NCBI GenBank assembly: GCA_965112735.1
Contig: OZ218953.1
Location: forward strand, 3,968,001 to 4,032,000
Source: Phaeosaccion multiseriatum
Lineage: Eukaryota; Protista; Ochrophyta, other classes
Direction: 5' to 3'
Length of the DNA: 64,000 bases
The translations under genes were made by a program, and so were the position numbers. A model generated the notes under the pieces. It was not told where the DNA came from. It saw nothing but the letters and a program-made list of their open reading frames with translations, and did no database searches. Positions within the stretch are counted from its first letter, which is position 1. Every line of letters begins with the position of its first letter. Below, piece after piece: positions 42,407 to 58,954 of this stretch.

Positions 42407-45400
42407 ATGGAAGGGCAATCGGGGGGAGCAGAGGGCCTGCTGCGGCTACCCTCTCTTTTGGCACAGGAGGAGAAGCTGGCCACTCTCCGGGAAGCGGAGG
42501 ACCTCTTGCGCGTGCGTGAGACTGTCAGGGCACAGGAGGGGAAGCGGGCCACCCTCCGCTCCCTCTACCCAGAGGACTCCACCTTACTGCTGTTTAACCA
42601 CGCGACACTGATCAGACACGAGGGACAGCCATACGGCCTGCGGCTTGAGCAATATGACCAGCGCATATTGATGGTCGTGTGGGATGAACGTATGGAGAAC
42701 GTTCTCCAGTCGGTGCCGTCCCTCAGCGAAGCGGGATTCATCGTGGTGGACACTCTGGAGATGTCTCTCCTCGCAGTGGAGCAGATAACGACGGAAGCCA
42801 TGGAGAGGAGCACAGGAAGAGGGATGCGAGGAGTCATTGCGGTTGATATTGAGATTGGGGATAAGGGTGGGACGGGAGGTGCGCAGCGGGGCATTATCTC
42901 GCTCATTCAGATTTCTGCGGGGCAAGGAGTAGCATTTCTCTTCGATGTGCTAGCAGGGGGGGCTGCAATGATGGGTGCGCTGAAGCCTCTGCTGGAGAGT
43001 GATGACGTTGTAAAGGTTCTTCACGACTGCAGGCAAGACTGCGCTGCTCTGTCCTCACAGTTCCAAGTTGAGCTCGTTCGGGTCTTCGATTCCCAAGTGG
43101 CCGATATGGTCATAGGCGCAAGAGGAGGAGGAGGAGGAGGAGGAGGAGGAGGACGTTGGAGCAACAAAAGAGGACTGAATGCAGTTCTAGAAGACTACAC
43201 CGGCTGCATCAACCCCTACAAGGACCTTGTCGAGCACAGGTGCGTCGCTGTCGAATCTCACTCCTTCTTGACTACCCACACCCGCTCACATGTGCCTTCT
43301 TTTTGTCTTTTCCCACTCTCCCATTCCTCTTCAGACCTTTTTTCTGGAATCGCAGACCACTGAGCAAATCCATGATCTTGTATGCGGGAGGCGATGTGGC
43401 CTTTCTGGTCCAGTGCTATCACGTGATGCTCGAGAAGCTGGAAGACCAGCGCCAGCAGCAGCTGCAGCAGCAGCAGCAGGCGGAGGAGGAGGAGCCACCG
43501 GCGCAGCAGGGACGTGTGAAAGAGCCTTTGGAGGAGGTCTGGGACTACTCTATAGAGAATGTGCACCAGCATCGTCGGAAGATCCTCACCAGTGCTGCGG
43601 CCAAAGCCTTCGCTCTCGAGCTTCCCCTGAACCCCGAGCTCCTTGCAGAGTGCGGCTCGAAGAAGGGGTTTTACGCCTGCTTCACACGGTGGAGAGACGG
43701 CCTAGTGGCCCAGTCCACACAGGAGGGGGGAGGGGCTTTGCCTGCTGGGGAAGGCGAGGAAGACAGAGAGACTGTGCGGTGGTGGTGCGTTGTTCAGCCT
43801 GCGAGGGCATTGCAGATCCTCTTCAAGCGCAAATACGTGATTTCCAGGGGCAAATTGAACAATACGCTCGAGTGGAGACTAGCAGAAAGTGGTGCAGCGG
43901 GCGGAGGAGGAGCGCCTTCGCTCACTTCGACCTGGCGCGGGCAGCAGCAGCAGGAGGAGGAGCACCACCACCAGGGTGGGACTGATGGCCCCGGTGGAGC
44001 CAGGGCGAAGAATCGCCTAGGGCAGGAGGTGGGAAGGCAAGGGCCGAAATCTGAGCTCGAGGCCAACAAGGGGTCGGTCATCGTTGGTTCGGTGGGAGAC
44101 TGGGGCGATGTGAACTGGCAAAACCAGGTCATATTTGAGCCGGGCGTCAGGCATTTTCAAGACGTGACTGTGACGAATACGGGGAGCCCTTGCAGCTGGA
44201 ACAAGTGCCTCCCCACCCGTCCAGGTTCCTTGAAACTGTCCATCCGGAGCGGTGATGGCGTGGCGGAGGGTGAGGATGTTCAGTTGCCGGTCGTGCTGGG
44301 GCAGGGGCAGAGCATGACAGTACGGATGGAGTACGACGCCCGAGAAGACACTGCCCAAGGCATGTTTCGGTGCATGTTGCTTTTTCTCTTCTCACCCTCT
44401 GCCTCCTCCTCAGCCGTAGACGGTGAAGTAGCAGCAGCAGCGGGGGTGGGCTTTATGATCGGGCGCAGCATCTGCTTGAATGTCATCGACGAGGATGCGC
44501 ATTCCTTACTCAAGGGCGACGGAGGGGGCAAGGCCGGGCGAAAGAAGGCTCTCTTCCACCAACAGGGGGCTATTATCCCGGCAGGGAGTCGCAGGGAAGG
44601 GCGCGTCAAGCCCAAGTTCGTCCATAAGCTGTTGAAGTACCTGCCCGACGCTCAATGGCAAGATCAGATGCAGCTCGGAGGCAACGCCGCGGAGATGATG
44701 GCAGACATGGAGCTCAAAGCCTCCAACCACCCCGTCTTCTTCGAGCGGCTTCTCTGGCTGGAGGAGAGGCAGATGCAGTTCGATATGGCGGTGAGCACAG
44801 CAACAGAAAGAGCCGTCCGGTATCTGTCGAATCGATCCACCCATGGACCTACCCCTTTCTATTTCCCACTCCTCTCCGATCCCAAGCGGGTCTGCTCAAG
44901 TCTTACCCCCTATGGACCTCCCCCCCCTCCTTCCCTTCTCCTCGCGTGCCCCATGCCCTGTTCGCAATAGACTTTCGACGAGGTGGGTGTTACCCTGGCC
45001 CCGACCCCTAGCGGCAGGCTCTTCCGCCTCACGGTACCGGGCCTTGCAGAGGGGTGAGTGCCTACTCACGATCGTAGGGGAGGGTTGGAGGACGCACAGA
45101 GGCCTACACGAACATAGCAGGCTTGTTTGTTCTCTTGGTCGCTCGACTCATCATAAAGTGACCTTCTACTTCCCTTTCTTACTCCCTTTTACTGCCTTGA
45201 ACTACCCATCTACCTACCTACCTTTCCACGAACCCACGCCTCCTCTTTCGTGCCGAATGAATCTTCAGGCGCCCTTCTGTACTGCAAGATGACGTAGTCC
45301 TCGTCACCAAGGGCAGCGCCACCTTCGAGGGCATTGCCATCAACCTCCAGCGAGACTCCGTAGATCTCAAGTTCAACCGCAAGTTCCGTTACAGCCCCGG

Positions 45401-48400
45401 CGAGAAGGTGGACGTTCGCTTCCTCCTGCGACGCACAGAGTTTCGCCTGTGCCACCAGGGGCTGGCCAATGCGAGGAAGCTGCCCAGGTCCTGGCTCTTT
45501 CCTGAGCCTGGGGATGATGAGGTCACAGATGGCTCCGGAGGAATAGCAGCGGCAGACGGCCCCGTCGTAAGGCTTGAGGTGGACAGCGAGGGAGAGCTGC
45601 CAACGCTGGGCAGGCAGAGACTCAATCGTGAGCAGCAGAGAGCCGTGCGAGCCATCGCGGAGCGACGGCAAGTCCAAGTGCCCTACATACTGGTAAGTGA
45701 GGGGTATGTAGACGTTTCACTCTTGAACCCTGAGCCATCAAACTGCATCAAGATGGCAGCAACTCAGAGGCCCAGTCCCGTGCACTGCATGTATAACCAC
45801 CGCCCCCCTCCCCTCCCCTCCTCTCTTCTCCTGGACTGCCCGCGCCCCATGCCGCTTCAGTTCGGTCCCCCCGGCACCGGCAAGACAGTCACCCTCGTTG
45901 AAGCTGTGCTGCATGTGCTACAGAAGCGCCCCTCGGACAAGATCCTGCTATTGTGCCCCACCAATGCCGCTTGCGACCTCCTTGTGGAGCGGCTCAGCTC
46001 CAGCGATGCCGCCTTGGTGTCGCCCAAGACAGACCTGCTGAGGGTGATGGCCTTCTCGAGAGGCGTCAGAACGGTGTCTTCAGTAGTGCACAACTTCTGC
46101 AAGACGTCTGTCGATGGGGAGCAGTTCATATCTCCTTCGCTGGCCGACATTAAGAGTTTCCAGGTTGTCGTTTCTACGCTCACCTCAGCGGGCAAGCTCT
46201 TCAATCTGGGACTGCCTAGGTAAGGCATGTGTATGTGTGCGTGCATGTCCATGCGCGTGTGTTCATGCGTGCGTGTCGATGCGTACGCATGTGTCGTATA
46301 CCATTCCTTATCGTAGAGCATCATCTTTCGTTCCCCCTTCTCCTGCGTCCCTCACCCCCTCCCTTCTCCTCCCTCCCTGACACCCTCCAAAACCACTTGG
46401 GCAGGGGCTACTTTGGCCTGATTGCAGTGGACGAGGCGGGCCAAGCGACGGAGCCGCAGATTTTGGCCGCCGTCGGGGCCATGGGGGGCAAGGCAACACA
46501 GCTCGTTCTGGCCGGCGATCACAAACAACTTTCACCCATCGTGTTCTCTGCCCTTGCGCAGGAGTACGGCCTCGCCAACTCCTATCTCGAGCGACTCATG
46601 GGAAGGGCGGTGTACGCCAAGGGGGAGGGGGAGGAGGAGGAGGGCAGTGAGGGCGAGCGAGGCGAGCGAGTCGAGCGAGTCGAGCGAGCAGGAGGCTACA
46701 ACCCTACGATGGTGACGAAGCTTCTCCACAACTACCGCTCACACCCGGCCATCCTCGAGGTGCCCAATGAACTGTTTTATGAGAGCGAGCTCGTGCCCAG
46801 CGCGCAGCACCAAGTCAGCCACTGCCTTGACCAGTGGGAGGCCCTTCCGCAGCCGGGTGTGCCGCTCTTGTTCCACGGCATCAATGGGCTGGATCAGAAG
46901 GACAGTAGCTCGCCCTCCTGGTTCAACCCGGACGAGGTGTGTGCGGTGGCGGAGCACGTTGTGCAAATGATACAGTGCGAGGGCGTCAAGGAAGGCGACA
47001 TCGGGGTCATAACGTGAGTGCGTGAGTGAGTGAATGTGTGAAGTGCGTGAGTCACTGGGTGAGTAAGTGAGTGAGTGAGTGGGTGAGTAAGTGAGTGAGT
47101 GAGTGGGTGAGTGGGTGAGTGGGTGAGTGGAGCGTCACGGGGGTGCTACTGGAGGCTTGTCAAGGGATGGAGAATATTCGGAATCAAGAAAGGGGGTAGG
47201 GGAGGGCACTTTGTTCGATGGGTGTGTTTCGTTTGCCGTTCAACAAGACTGCTCTCGCTCACCTCTGTCTTACTGCTTGTGGTTGATCTCTCTGAACACT
47301 CCCCCGCCTGCCCCGCTTCTTTCATTCACGACTGCACTCTTTGCCGATGATACCATACATGTCGCGCGTCTTTCTCCATCATCTCTCTTCCCCTCTCTCA
47401 CCCGACCGGACTTGTGTGCGTGTTGTCGCCTTTCCGCCTCTGTGCACCCTCTCTGACTGCCTCGCCTTGCCTTGCCTGGCAGCCCCTACGGGAAGCAGAG
47501 GCAGAAGATCAAGACTCTGCTGCGGGCCAAGGGCATTGCAGAGGGACACAGTAGCCGCGACTCAGACGAAGGGGAAGGCTCAGGTGTTAAGGTGGGCAGC
47601 GTGGAGGAATTCCAAGGACAAGAGAGGAAGGTGAGACAGAACGGGAGGAAGTGGCAGAGGGGACAGGAGGGGAAAGGAAGGGAGAGGCGATGACCTGAAA
47701 GGAGAGAAGAGGAGGGAAGGGAGAGGAGGGAAAGGAGACGAGAGGAGAGGAGAGGAGACGAAGTTGGAGAGGACGGGGCAGCGGCGAGTGGGAGGCCTCC
47801 AAGGGCAAGCCGAGGAGGAACGGACCTCAGACCCCTGTTCGCTCCGCTGCTCCCTGCTTGGCTCGTCATCAATACCCTGCCCTCGCTCACCTCGTCCTGG
47901 GTCTTCTCTCCCTCCCTCCCTCCCTCCCTCCCCTTTTGTGCGTGTCTCAGGTGATTATCATCTCCACCGTCCGCTCTACGCACTCAGTGGTGGACTTCGA
48001 CACGGAACACAGTCTGGGCTTTGTGTCCAACCCCAAGAGGTGAGAAGAGGCGAGTTGAGTTGAGCCGCTGATGGGAGGGAGGGAGGGTGGGAGAGAGAGC
48101 GAGGCGGTAGCGTCTAATACGAGCATGTGCAGTGCTTTGACGGGACTTGTTTTAGAGTGACATACGCGCACTAGGTGGACAGAGGGTCGGCACATAGACA
48201 CAGAGAAGGAACAGTCACCCAACGCCGTTAGCTCAGTGTACCCCTTCCCGTCGATCTCTTGTCGATCTCTTGCTTTGCTGTGCAATGACAATGACGATTG
48301 CAATGGAATAATCGCAGGTTCAATGTCGCCATCACCAGAGCTCAGGCCCTCCTCATCGTCGTGGGGTCGCCGGAGGTCCTCGCTGTGGACCCTTGCTGGG

Positions 48401-48825
48401 GGAAGCTGCTTTCCTTCTGTGTGCAGCGGGGCTGCTATAAGGGAGTTGAGCTACCCCCAACCGTTGTAGTGCAAGCGGGAATCCAGGGGGGGGAAGCAGG
48501 TGTGGTATCATCAGAAGCTGCAGGGGAGCAGGGTAGGGAAGGAGGGAGCGAGGAGCTATCGAGGGTGGAGAGTTCGACGCTGTTGATAGCGAGGTTGCTG
48601 GGAGGGCTGATGGGCGAGCCGTCTTCGATAGAGGGGCTTTTTGCTGAGATGAGTGGAGGAGGAGGAGGAGGAGGAGGAGGAGGAGGAGGAGGAGGAGGAG
48701 GAGGAGGAGAAGGAGGAGGAGGAGTAGACGAAACAGAAGGGGAGGATGACGATGATGATGAGGAGGGGGAGAAAGGGGATGAGGAGGTGGGAGAGGAGGA
48801 ATGGGAAGTCGTCCAAGTGCCGTAG
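42407..48825 (+). CDS. MOV10: DEDDy 3'-5' exonuclease (EXD1/Egalitarian-like) fused to MOV10/SDE3/Armitage-type SF1 RNA helicase, 9 exons
   Basis: Exonuclease: IAVDIE, LLESDDVVKVLHDCRQD, VFDSQVA, WNRRPL...YAGGDV. Helicase: LLWLEE, VPGLAEGRPSV, FGPPGTGKTVTLVEA, DEAGQATEP, LAGDHKQL, NYRSHPAIL, SPSWFN, ITPYGKQ, VGSVEEFQGQE, STVRS, LGFVSNPKRFNVAITRA. The start codon is uncertain. Confidence 0.9.
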
Positions 48826-49029
48826 GGAGTAGTGAAGGATGAAAGGATGGAAGACTGAGTGGAAGGGGAAGTGTGTAGATTATAGCTTGACATATATAGG
48901 GGGAGGGAGGGAAGCAGGAAGGAAGAAGGAGAGTAGTCACCGGGACGACTGAGTAAGGGGCGAGAAATGGCCACTCTTTAGGCCGCTCCGCGCCAGGGGG
49001 GCGTACCACGCGACTCACTCGAGACGCCC

Positions 49030-49197
49030 ATGTAAACACAAATGTACACACAAAGCTGACTTCGTGCTCAGAAAATGACTTCGTAAAAACAAAAAAAAAC
49101 AAAAAAAAAAACTCAAAGTTGACATCGTGCTCAGGAAAAAAAGGTGACAACGTGCTCACGTAAACATAAATGTACACACAAAGCTGACTTCGTGCCG
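49030..49197. repeat. 36-bp direct repeat with internal degenerate GACNNCGTGCTCA units
   Basis: gtaaacaYaaatgtacacacaaagctgacttcgtgc at ~49032 and ~49160. Confidence 0.8.
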
Positions 49198-49402
49198 TTT
49201 CCCTCCTCCTAATCACCGAGCAGCCTGCCTTTGAATGAATCAGACAGGCGTGGCGTCCCAAAGTGGAGGAATCTGCCATCGTGTCGGAAAACAGCGGCCC
49301 GAGAGGAGCAATCAATGCCGTAACCCAGTAGCGGGGTCCCGCAGCAGATACGAGAATGACGCATCCGCGTTGCATATTCATATTCACAGCTGTGGCAGGG
49401 CA

Positions 49403-52400
49403 TCACGCTTCTGGAGGGAGGGCTGCATCGGGCACTCCATCCTGGGGGCCCTCCTCTTCCCCCTCTTCCCCCTCTTCCCCCTCTTCCCCCTCTTCCCCCT
49501 CTTCCCCCTCTTCCCCCCCGTCGACGCTGAGACTGGCGCTCTCCCCGGCACCCTCGGTGACAGCAGAGAACCCCGCCTCCCCCTTCTCTTCCTCATCCTC
49601 CACCCCAGCCTCAGCTGCTGCAGGTGCCTCAGGAGGCCCGTCAGGCTCAAGCCCTGCAGCCGCAGCCTCAGCAGAGGTGTCGCAAGCAGCGGCACCACCA
49701 GTCTCCGCACCACCAGTCTCCGCAGCAGCAGTCTCAGCAGCAGCAGCCTCAGCAGCACTAGCCTCAGCAGCACTAGCCTCAGCACCAGCCTCAGCAGCAG
49801 CAGCATCAGTCTCCTCAGCAGCAGCAGCAGCCTCCGCAGCAGCAGCAGCGTCAGCAGCAGCAGCAGCAGCCTTAGCCTGTGTCGCAGCTTCGGCCGACGC
49901 CCTTCTCCTCTCTGTCGCGGCCGCCACCGCCGCCGCTCGCTTTGCCGCTGCCGCCTCCGCCGCCAGCCTCACCTTCTCCTTGTCCTCATAAATGCCCAGT
50001 CCGATCATCTCCCTCTGCAACAGTGAGCTCATCTGTAGCCACAAGGCATCCGCTCCCGCCCCTCCCCCAGCCTCACGCTGCCCCCCCTCTGCTTGGCCCT
50101 GCTGCTGCGCCATCCCCCCCGGGTCCATTCCAAACATGCTGGCGAAGCCCTTGCAAATGTACGGAATGACCTTCTCCGCCATCTGCTCGCACACAAGCTT
50201 GGCCACCTCAGAAGGGTTCGGACGGCTCCCTTCTCTCCCGCTGCTCGGCCTTCGGCCCGTAGAGCCCACACCTCCGACATGGGCTTCATTGCTACCACTA
50301 CTACTACTGCTACTACTGCTACCCCCGGCAGAAAACAGCCGCATTGCTACTTTCTTGTACTCAGCCAAGGCCTTGAGAACATCCCGAAAGCACTGCTCCA
50401 ATGCCTTTCGTAATCGAAACTCCAGTGAGAGAAGGGCGCACTCTCGCAGGTGATTGAATGACGTCAGCAGCAAGTTCACAAAGCGGCTCAGAAGCGGGTA
50501 CGCCAGGAGAGACGAAGGCGGATGCATCCCCCTCTCACTCCCACTTCCGCTGCCTCCTTCGTCATCCTTGCTCTTGTCCTTTGCCCCTGTGCCACCGTGG
50601 TCGCTGCTGCTGCTGTTGCTGCCTTGATTCTGGTAAAGCGGCAGCACCAACCCTCCCGATTGGGTGGTGACGACACCTCCTGCCCCCACCTCCTCCCCTC
50701 CGCCGTCCCCTCCCCTCGAGGTAGGGTTCATCAAACCCCCTCGCAAGTACACCAACGCCTCCACGACTTCACTGGAGGCCAGCCCCCACTGCCCGGCGGC
50801 CAGGTTCCACACGGCCCCCTCAAAAATGGGCGTCAAGAGCCCCCTGAAATCGCACGACAGACGTCCCATGCTGGCCCCAAAGAACATGCTTTGATCCATA
50901 ACGCTCATGAGGGAGGCCCCATCTGCCAGCAGGGGAAGATGGACGCGCAGCATGTGTAAGAAGCCTTCGATGCGCCTTGCCAGCCAGCTCGATAAGACCG
51001 CTGCGCTACGGCGATTGCTCGCCTCGATAGCTGCCGCGGCTTCCAGGCCTCCCTTGCTGCCCCCCCCCACTCCTTCTCCAACTTTTCCCTTCTCCCGTGC
51101 CCCTTTCCTCAGGCCCTGGCCCGATGAGGTCACCGTGGGAGATGAATAGTCCATGAAGATTGCCTTGAACTGCGTGGCAATGTCGAACCAATGGGTCCTG
51201 CTCTTCTCGATGAGGTCCATGAGGACAAGCTTGGTGGCGCTACTGCTCCTCGACCCTGCTGCTGTCTTGGCAGAGTACAAGTCTGCTTCAATAGATGGGG
51301 AGAGAGAGGGAGTGAGGGGGAAATCCTGGGAAAAACGGTCCCCATCCACACACAATTGGATGCATGTACCGCTCTGTCACACCGCAATATCATCATCTCG
51401 TGTACACACGCACAGCGCGCACTTACGCACGCCCGTACAAAAGAGAAAGGAGAAGGACAACTTTCCACCTCTGTCTGTACCTGCAGATTGCGAGCCTCCC
51501 AACACCTGCTCTAACCAGACATCTCTCGCCTCCAGAAACTCCACCTGGAGCATTGTTTCCAGCATAGGGGCGTACGCCTGTCGCGTATCCCTCGTAGTAG
51601 TCGAGACCCCTCCTTCTCCATCTCCTGTCGGAGCTGCCAGCGTCTTCTTCTTCCCCCCCCCCCGGCTGGCGATAGCCTGTTGCTGGCGTTCCAGCTCCAC
51701 CAATTGAAGTCGCCGCAGACAGGATACCAGCTGCAGACAAGCAGCGAGTTGGATGGGGTCTGTGCGCAGCTGGGCAAGCATCTTCTCCCGCATGCCCGCC
51801 GCACATGCCCAGACCTCCTTCGCGATCATTCGCACCACCTCGGGCACCTCCCCGTTTCTCTCCTCCGCCCCCCCACCTCTTCGTCCTCCGACCCCTCTAT
51901 GCCCGACCGCGGACCCCGCTATATCTTCTGCTCCTCCCCCTTCTCCTCCTCCTGCCGCCGCCGCTACTGCTTCCGCTGCTGCCGCCGCAGAAGCTGCTGC
52001 TTTGGCTCTCGTTGACATGACTTGGTGGCGCCGGACGAGAGCATTGCAGAACTGCGCGATGCTCAGCGCCTCCTCGTACATGGCGTTTCGGACACAGGCA
52101 TCCATAAGCTGGGGCACCTCCAGCAGCTCCACGAGCTGTGCGTGGTGGGCAAGGGTCCGTTGGTTGCGCTTATGGCTCGCCAATAGCTCCCCTGCCTCCA
52201 CTTGGAACTTCCCCAGAGACCCTTCAAGGGGACAGAAAGAAGAGAGCAGGGTTATCAAAGGTCCTTACGTCCTCCTCGGCAAACCCTTTCATTCTCCGTA
52301 AGAGCCGAAGCCTTCCATCTTCTCCTGTCCCTGCTCTCTCACCTGAGATGTTCTCGACCCCTGCCACAAGCCCGTCGATGCAGCCGTCCATTCTCGCGCC

Positions 52401-52658
52401 CTCGGCCTTGACATGCCTCACACAGTCGTGGTTCTCGATAAAGACATCGTAGTGATCTAGGGAGAGTGTTTGGAGGGCCTTGTCGACCTTCTGAGCCTCC
52501 TCCTGCAGCCGCGCCGGCTCGTGCTTCAGGCGGTCCAGCCCCAGGGAGGCAAGGTTATGATAATCGGTTGCTCGATCACTGGTGCTTCTTTGCGCAGAGG
52601 AGAACTCCGCTCCTCCGACTCTTCCTATAGCCTCCTCGGTGGGCGGAGGAGACATCAT
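49403..52658 (-). CDS. COG8: Conserved oligomeric Golgi complex subunit 8 (Dor1 family), 3 exons
   Basis: LDRLKHEPARL...YDVFIENHDC; LVELLEVPQLMDACVRNAMYEEAL; FLEARDVW; IEKSRTHWFDIATQFKAIF; YPLLSRFVN..LTSFNHLREC. Ala/Glu-rich C-terminal extension. Confidence 0.9.
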
Positions 52659-52791
52659 TGGTTTTGTTGTTTGTTTTGTCTTGTTGCTCCACTTCGACCT
52701 CTCCATTATGTCAATGGCCCGGTCCCATGCAATACAGTTTCGTTCCACACAACAAAAAACAAAAAACAAGAAGCTACTCAGTAATATAGTG

Positions 52792-57669
<4,878 letters not shown>

Positions 57670-57705
57670 GCTGCTTTCCTACTCATCGACAAACACCTAT
57701 GCTCT

Positions 57706-57840
57706 CAAGAGATACTACTCGCTGGCTGATCAACACAAAGAGATGCTATGCTACTTGCTGATTATAGAGAGATACCCCTTGCTGATCATCACAGAGAGAT
57801 ACTACTTGCTGATAAAAAAAAAGGATGCTACTTGTTGATC
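57706..57840. repeat. Degenerate tandem repeat (GAGATRCTACTTGCTGAT core) in the convergent 3' region
   Basis: About 5 copies of the core visible. Confidence 0.7.
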
Positions 57841-57915
57841 AAATACGCGGGACCCATGTAAAGTATAGTAGAAGTAGTATTTTTTCTTAAGACAAGCATG
57901 TCGAGTCGAGTGGCG

Positions 57916-58907
57916 TCAAACAAAGAGGTCCGTGGCCAGCTTGGCCGTCAGACGGCTTGTTGCGCCACCGGGGCTGTCCAAAGGCACACCAAGATCAATA
58001 TTACTGGCCATTGCGGTGGAATTGTCGTCGCCGTTGTTGCTGGTGCTGTTGTGGTTGCTGCTCGCGTCCTCGTACTTGACCCGCATATCGCTTTGGTCCA
58101 CAGTATTGGGCTGTAACGTCAGACCGAGCACACGCTCCCACGTCCGCCCCTTGACATTGAGGCTGCGAGGGGAGCTCGCCACTAGCTCCAAGATGGGGAT
58201 ATACACCTTGAGCGACAAGCAGAGAGATGTGTATATAGCGTGGCAGTGAACGGGAGGGGTGGAGGGAGGGTGGGGGGTGAGGCGTGAGGGGTGAGGCGAC
58301 TGACGCGCTTCCTTCATGCGTGCTTCATGCGTGCTTCATGCTTCATGCTTGCTTCATGCTTGCTTCATGCTTGCTTCATGCTTGCTTCATGCTTGCTTCA
58401 TGCTTGCTTCATGCTTGCTTTATGCTTGCTTCATGCTTGCTTCATGCTTGCTTCATGCTTGCTTTATGCTTGCTTCATGCTTGCTTTATGCTTGCTTCAT
58501 GCTTGCTTCATGCTTGCTTCATGCTTGCTTCATGCTTGCTTCATGCTTGCTTCATGCTTGCTTCATGCTTCATGCTTGCTTCATGCTTGCTCACGCGGGA
58601 GAGGTTGGCGGTTGGAGGGTGTGGGAGGGGTCGTGAAGCAGTGACAACGAACGCAAAGGGGGACTGACTGAGCAAGGACAAATGGGCCTCTGACTGAGCG
58701 ATGGCACAACAACACTTCACTCTGCCAATCACCGTCATTGCATCGTACCGTTCGATTGTTGATTACTCCTGCCGAGAAGGCCGTATAGCCTGCCATGGCG
58801 CCATGCACGGCGTTGCTGGCGATCTGCATGCAGTAGATCTGGTCGAAGGATGTGGCCTCCACGGAACGGATCATGTAGGAAGGGTCAATGTACCTAAAGG
58901 GCGCAGC

Positions 58908-58954
<47 letters not shown>

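Noticed and set aside
58284-58667. Cys/Met-rich repeat ORFs ([10 protein letters not shown])
   Set aside because: Translation of an 11-bp intronic minisatellite.
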